From contig SMSO01000014.1 in the NCBI GenBank assembly GCA_004764695.1, positions 6,438,029-6,502,028 of the forward strand: 64,000 nucleotides of DNA, written 5' to 3'. Under the pieces are notes generated by a model. It did no database searches. It saw only the letters and a program-made list of their open reading frames with translations, and was not told the origin of the DNA. Position numbers and translations under genes: made by a program. Of this stretch, positions 61,234-64,000 are shown piece after piece. Within the stretch, counting starts at the first letter, position 1. Each line of letters begins with the position of its first letter. Source of the DNA: Schizochytrium sp. TIO01 (taxonomy: Eukaryota; Protista; Bigyra: Labyrinthulomycetes).

Positions 61234-62016
61234 GTGCGTTATGATGTTATCTAGGTAGTGTGGAACTACCTGTCTTCGGTATGCAGTTTCATCTTTTGCA
61301 AAATTTGAGCAAAATTTGATCTTTTTTCTTTTAATACTTAAGAGCCAATCGATATTCTTCCAATACATTCTTAGCCTGAAGAAATGTTTCTCCTCTCTAG
61401 ATACATTTTGTCAATTGCAATTTTCTGTATTGAATACCTACTCAGACAATTACTTACTCTTACGACCCACGTTGCGAAATTTAATTTTTCTATTAGCAAT
61501 GGTACCAGATATATTCTTTATTATTAGAATTTGAAAATAATATCGTACGTACTTATTTGCTATCTGTCCATCAAATAAGACTCCAAAATCTTGTCACCTG
61601 ACCATGAAAGTATGATTCGTCTACTCATGTAATAAACGCGTACCTCTTAAATCGCTGAATGTAAGCTTACTTTTAGCGACGGTAAACAAAAAAAAGTGAA
61701 AATAAAAAGGAATAAACCAAACTAACTTGCAGTCAAATCAAAGATCAAACCAGACTCTTTAAAAGGCCGCGACCAGGGCCGCAACGCTCTCAGTCGCTGA
61801 GGACCGCTACGGCTCCGCACGGAGGGCCTGGCAGGCGTTGTCCAGAGGCTGCCTGTCAGGACTTAGAGCTCGTTTTTTTTTCCTTCGTGCGTGAAGCATC
61901 GTGAATTGGGCTAACGACAAAAACACTGGGGCTCCTATCAAACGCTCTATCTCCTTGCATCTGCGATACAGACACCAGATTCTGAGAGTGCACAAACACG
62001 AGTAGCCTCCCCCCCC

Positions 62017-64000
62017 ATGAACTCGCACAATCATAATCCATCGGTGGCAAGCCGCTTTGATGCCTTGTGTCGGAATGTGCTTAAGGGCGTGGAAAAGATC
62101 TTGCTAGACTCCGTCAATGGCCTTCGCCCCGGACAGAATAAGGGGTGGTGCATTGCACTACTTGTTATTCAGTCAGCCCTTGTCATTGTGACATGTTTGT
62201 ATTGGCTTGTATCATTGTCACGGGGAACAGGTTTTTCGCCGAATAGTTTTGGCTGTGAGGGATCTAGTGACAACTTGGCGAAGCAAGCTTTCCCTGAGCT
62301 TGGTTGCACCCCGCCAATAGATGTCGTCTATACGTGGGTCAATGGGTCTGATCCCGTGTGGCAGAGTAAACTCGACTATTATAAGGAGCTAGCAAAGGAA
62401 AAGGAGCTTGCTGCCGCAGCTGCAAGCATGACCAGCTCAAATGAAAGTAGCTCAATTGGAGATTCAGAAGAGACTGAACCAGGTTCCTTAAAGGACCTGT
62501 ATCAACAAATTGATGACCTCGAGAAAGACCTGAAGCATTTTCAAAATCTGCATGAGGAAATTACGGCAGGCCAATCTCCCGAAATCAACTCCAGCACAGA
62601 TATGGCTAGTGGGGAAAGGCGAAGGTTATATGACTACGAATATCGTGACCCGTACGAGGACCATGATCATGGTAGAGAACGTGATATGGCAAGCCATCAC
62701 AAGCACCAGGAGTCAGTGGATGACTATCTGCAAGCTAATTTGGCATACGACGAGATCTTACAGCAGGAATATATAAAACAAACTGCGAAAGCAAAGGAGG
62801 GCGCATCAGATGGGGCAGCGCAGACTGGCGTGCCTGACGATGAGGAAGAGGCAGAAGGTGCTGGATTTACAAATGTAGAATGGGCATCTACTGCAAATCG
62901 CTTTCGCGATAATGAGGAGCTCAGGTTTTCCCTTCGCTCACTCGATAAATATGCTCCATGGGTTCGACACATTTATATCGTGACAGATAATCAAGTCCCA
63001 TCCTGGCTTGATTTGAGCCACCCTCGTTTAACAGTAGTCCCTCACACAGACATTTTCCCCAATCGCTCGCATTTGCCAACCTTTAGTTCACCTGCTATTG
63101 AGTCGCATCTACACAGAATTCCGGGTCTTTCAAAGCAGTTTGTCTACTTCAATGACGATGTTATGCTTGGAGCACCAGTATGGCCCAGCGACTTTTATGA
63201 TCGTGCGCTTGGTCAACGTATCTTTCTTGCTTGGGGGCTTCCACAATGCCATGAAGGCTGTGTTGCTGCGTGGATTGGAGATGGCTTCTGCGACTCCGCA
63301 TGCAACGTTGAAGCTTGTGGCTTTGACGAAGGCGATTGCGCTGGAGAGAATTCTCGAATGCCGAATCATGGAGACGTAGAGCCAGACATGTTTGATTCAA
63401 TGAGCTCGAGTGATTTTGGACAAGACCGTTTCAATAGCTACCTGTTATCGCGTGAGGAATGCGTCGATGGCTGTCGTAAGGAGTATCTCTCTGACGGTTT
63501 TTGCGACCGAGAGTGTGCACACCCAGAGTGTGGCTGGGACGGTGTTGATTGCTTCAAAACAAATGGCCCTCCGTCTCGCGATATGCCATTTGTTATGGTA
63601 GATTCTATTGATCTCTCGCTAAATCACGTCGAACACTTAGAACTCCCCTTTGGTGTTCGTGCAGCCAGCATAGACTTATCTAACATAGAAGATGAGCCAA
63701 GACTCACAATCGAGTCTGCTCACACTGATTCGACTGGAATTGTTACCAAGGCAACTTTCCATCAACCCACAAAAACTCTAAATCTTGTCTTTGCTAATCC
63801 AGGTTCTACCCTTTTGCATCACCATGTATGGGGAGGCACGCCACTTGACGTTTATACTCATGGCGAAAACGTTTTAGAGTTTTTTTCAGAGGTCAGCTCC
63901 GACCAGTATGTGACTGGGGGCTGTTTGCCGAAACTAGGGTGCGAGCGGTTCGATACCTTGGAACTTGCCATGCAAGTCTGTCTTGCCCGTGGAGATCTTT
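62017..64000 (+). CDS. GNPTAB: Stealth-family UDP-GlcNAc:lysosomal-enzyme GlcNAc-1-phosphotransferase (GNPTAB-like), 3'-truncated by the window
   Basis: Read manually; ATG 62017, frame read as open to the window end. N-terminal TM WCIALLVIQSALVIVTCLYWLVSL; Stealth CR1 PIDVVYTWVNGSDP; CR2 RFRDNEELRFSLRSLDKYAPWVRHIYIVTDNQVPSWL...LPTFSSPAIESHLHRIPGLSKQFVYFNDD. Two LNR repeats follow (CHEGCVAAWIGDGFCDSACNVEACGFDEGDC; CVDGCRKEYLSDGFCDRECAHPECGWDGVDC). Confidence 0.92.
   Translation, partial: MNSHNHNPSVASRFDALCRNVLKGVEKILLDSVNGLRPGQNKGWCIALLVIQSALVIVTCLYWLVSLSRGTGFSPNSFGCEGSSDNLAKQAFPELGCTPPIDVVYTWVNGSDPVWQSKLDYYKELAKEKELAAAAASMTSSNESSSIGDSEETEPGSLKDLYQQIDDLEKDLKHFQNLHEEITAGQSPEINSSTDMASGERRRLYDYEYRDPYEDHDHGRERDMASHHKHQESVDDYLQANLAYDEILQQEYIKQTAKAKEGASDGAAQTGVPDDEEEAEGAGFTNVEWASTANRFRDNEELRFSLRSLDKYAPWVRHIYIVTDNQVPSWLDLSHPRLTVVPHTDIFPNRSHLPTFSSPAIESHLHRIPGLSKQFVYFNDDVMLGAPVWPSDFYDRALGQRIFLAWGLPQCHEGCVAAWIGDGFCDSACNVEACGFDEGDCAGENSRMPNHGDVEPDMFDSMSSSDFGQDRFNSYLLSREECVDGCRKEYLSDGFCDRECAHPECGWDGVDCFKTNGPPSRDMPFVMVDSIDLSLNHVEHLELPFGVRAASIDLSNIEDEPRLTIESAHTDSTGIVTKATFHQPTKTLNLVFANPGSTLLHHHVWGGTPLDVYTHGENVLEFFSEVSSDQYVTGGCLPKLGCERFDTLELAMQVCLARGDL

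Overview
Eukaryotic, intron-poor genomic DNA. Long single-exon genes, tetranucleotide-microsatellite-rich spacers and PTxxPT stalks suggest a stramenopile, probably a thraustochytrid/labyrinthulomycete (inference). Gene content in order: the 3' end of a Ser/Ala-rich unknown gene; mitochondrial ribosomal protein bS6m; a heptad-repeat coiled-coil protein; a USP20/33-like deubiquitinase; about 12 kb with no recognisable gene; a convergent pair of mitochondrial arginine-pathway fusion enzymes (ARG5,6-type NAG kinase-GNAT-NAG-phosphate reductase on +, and a fused glutaminase+synthetase CPS-III-like carbamoyl-phosphate synthetase on -); about 20 kb with no recognisable gene; a ~1150-aa protein built from 14 alternating A/B stathmin-like helical repeats; an iduronate-2-sulfatase-like secreted sulfatase split by a single +1 frameshift; and a GNPTAB-like Stealth/LNR GlcNAc-1-phosphotransferase that runs off the window end and is missing from the ORF track. 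The most interesting items are the isolated two-gene arginine/N-acetylglutamate cluster with similar leaders, the 7x(A-B) stathmin-like repeat protein, and the sulfatase-GNPTAB pair. All family calls come from motif recognition by eye; no searches were run.
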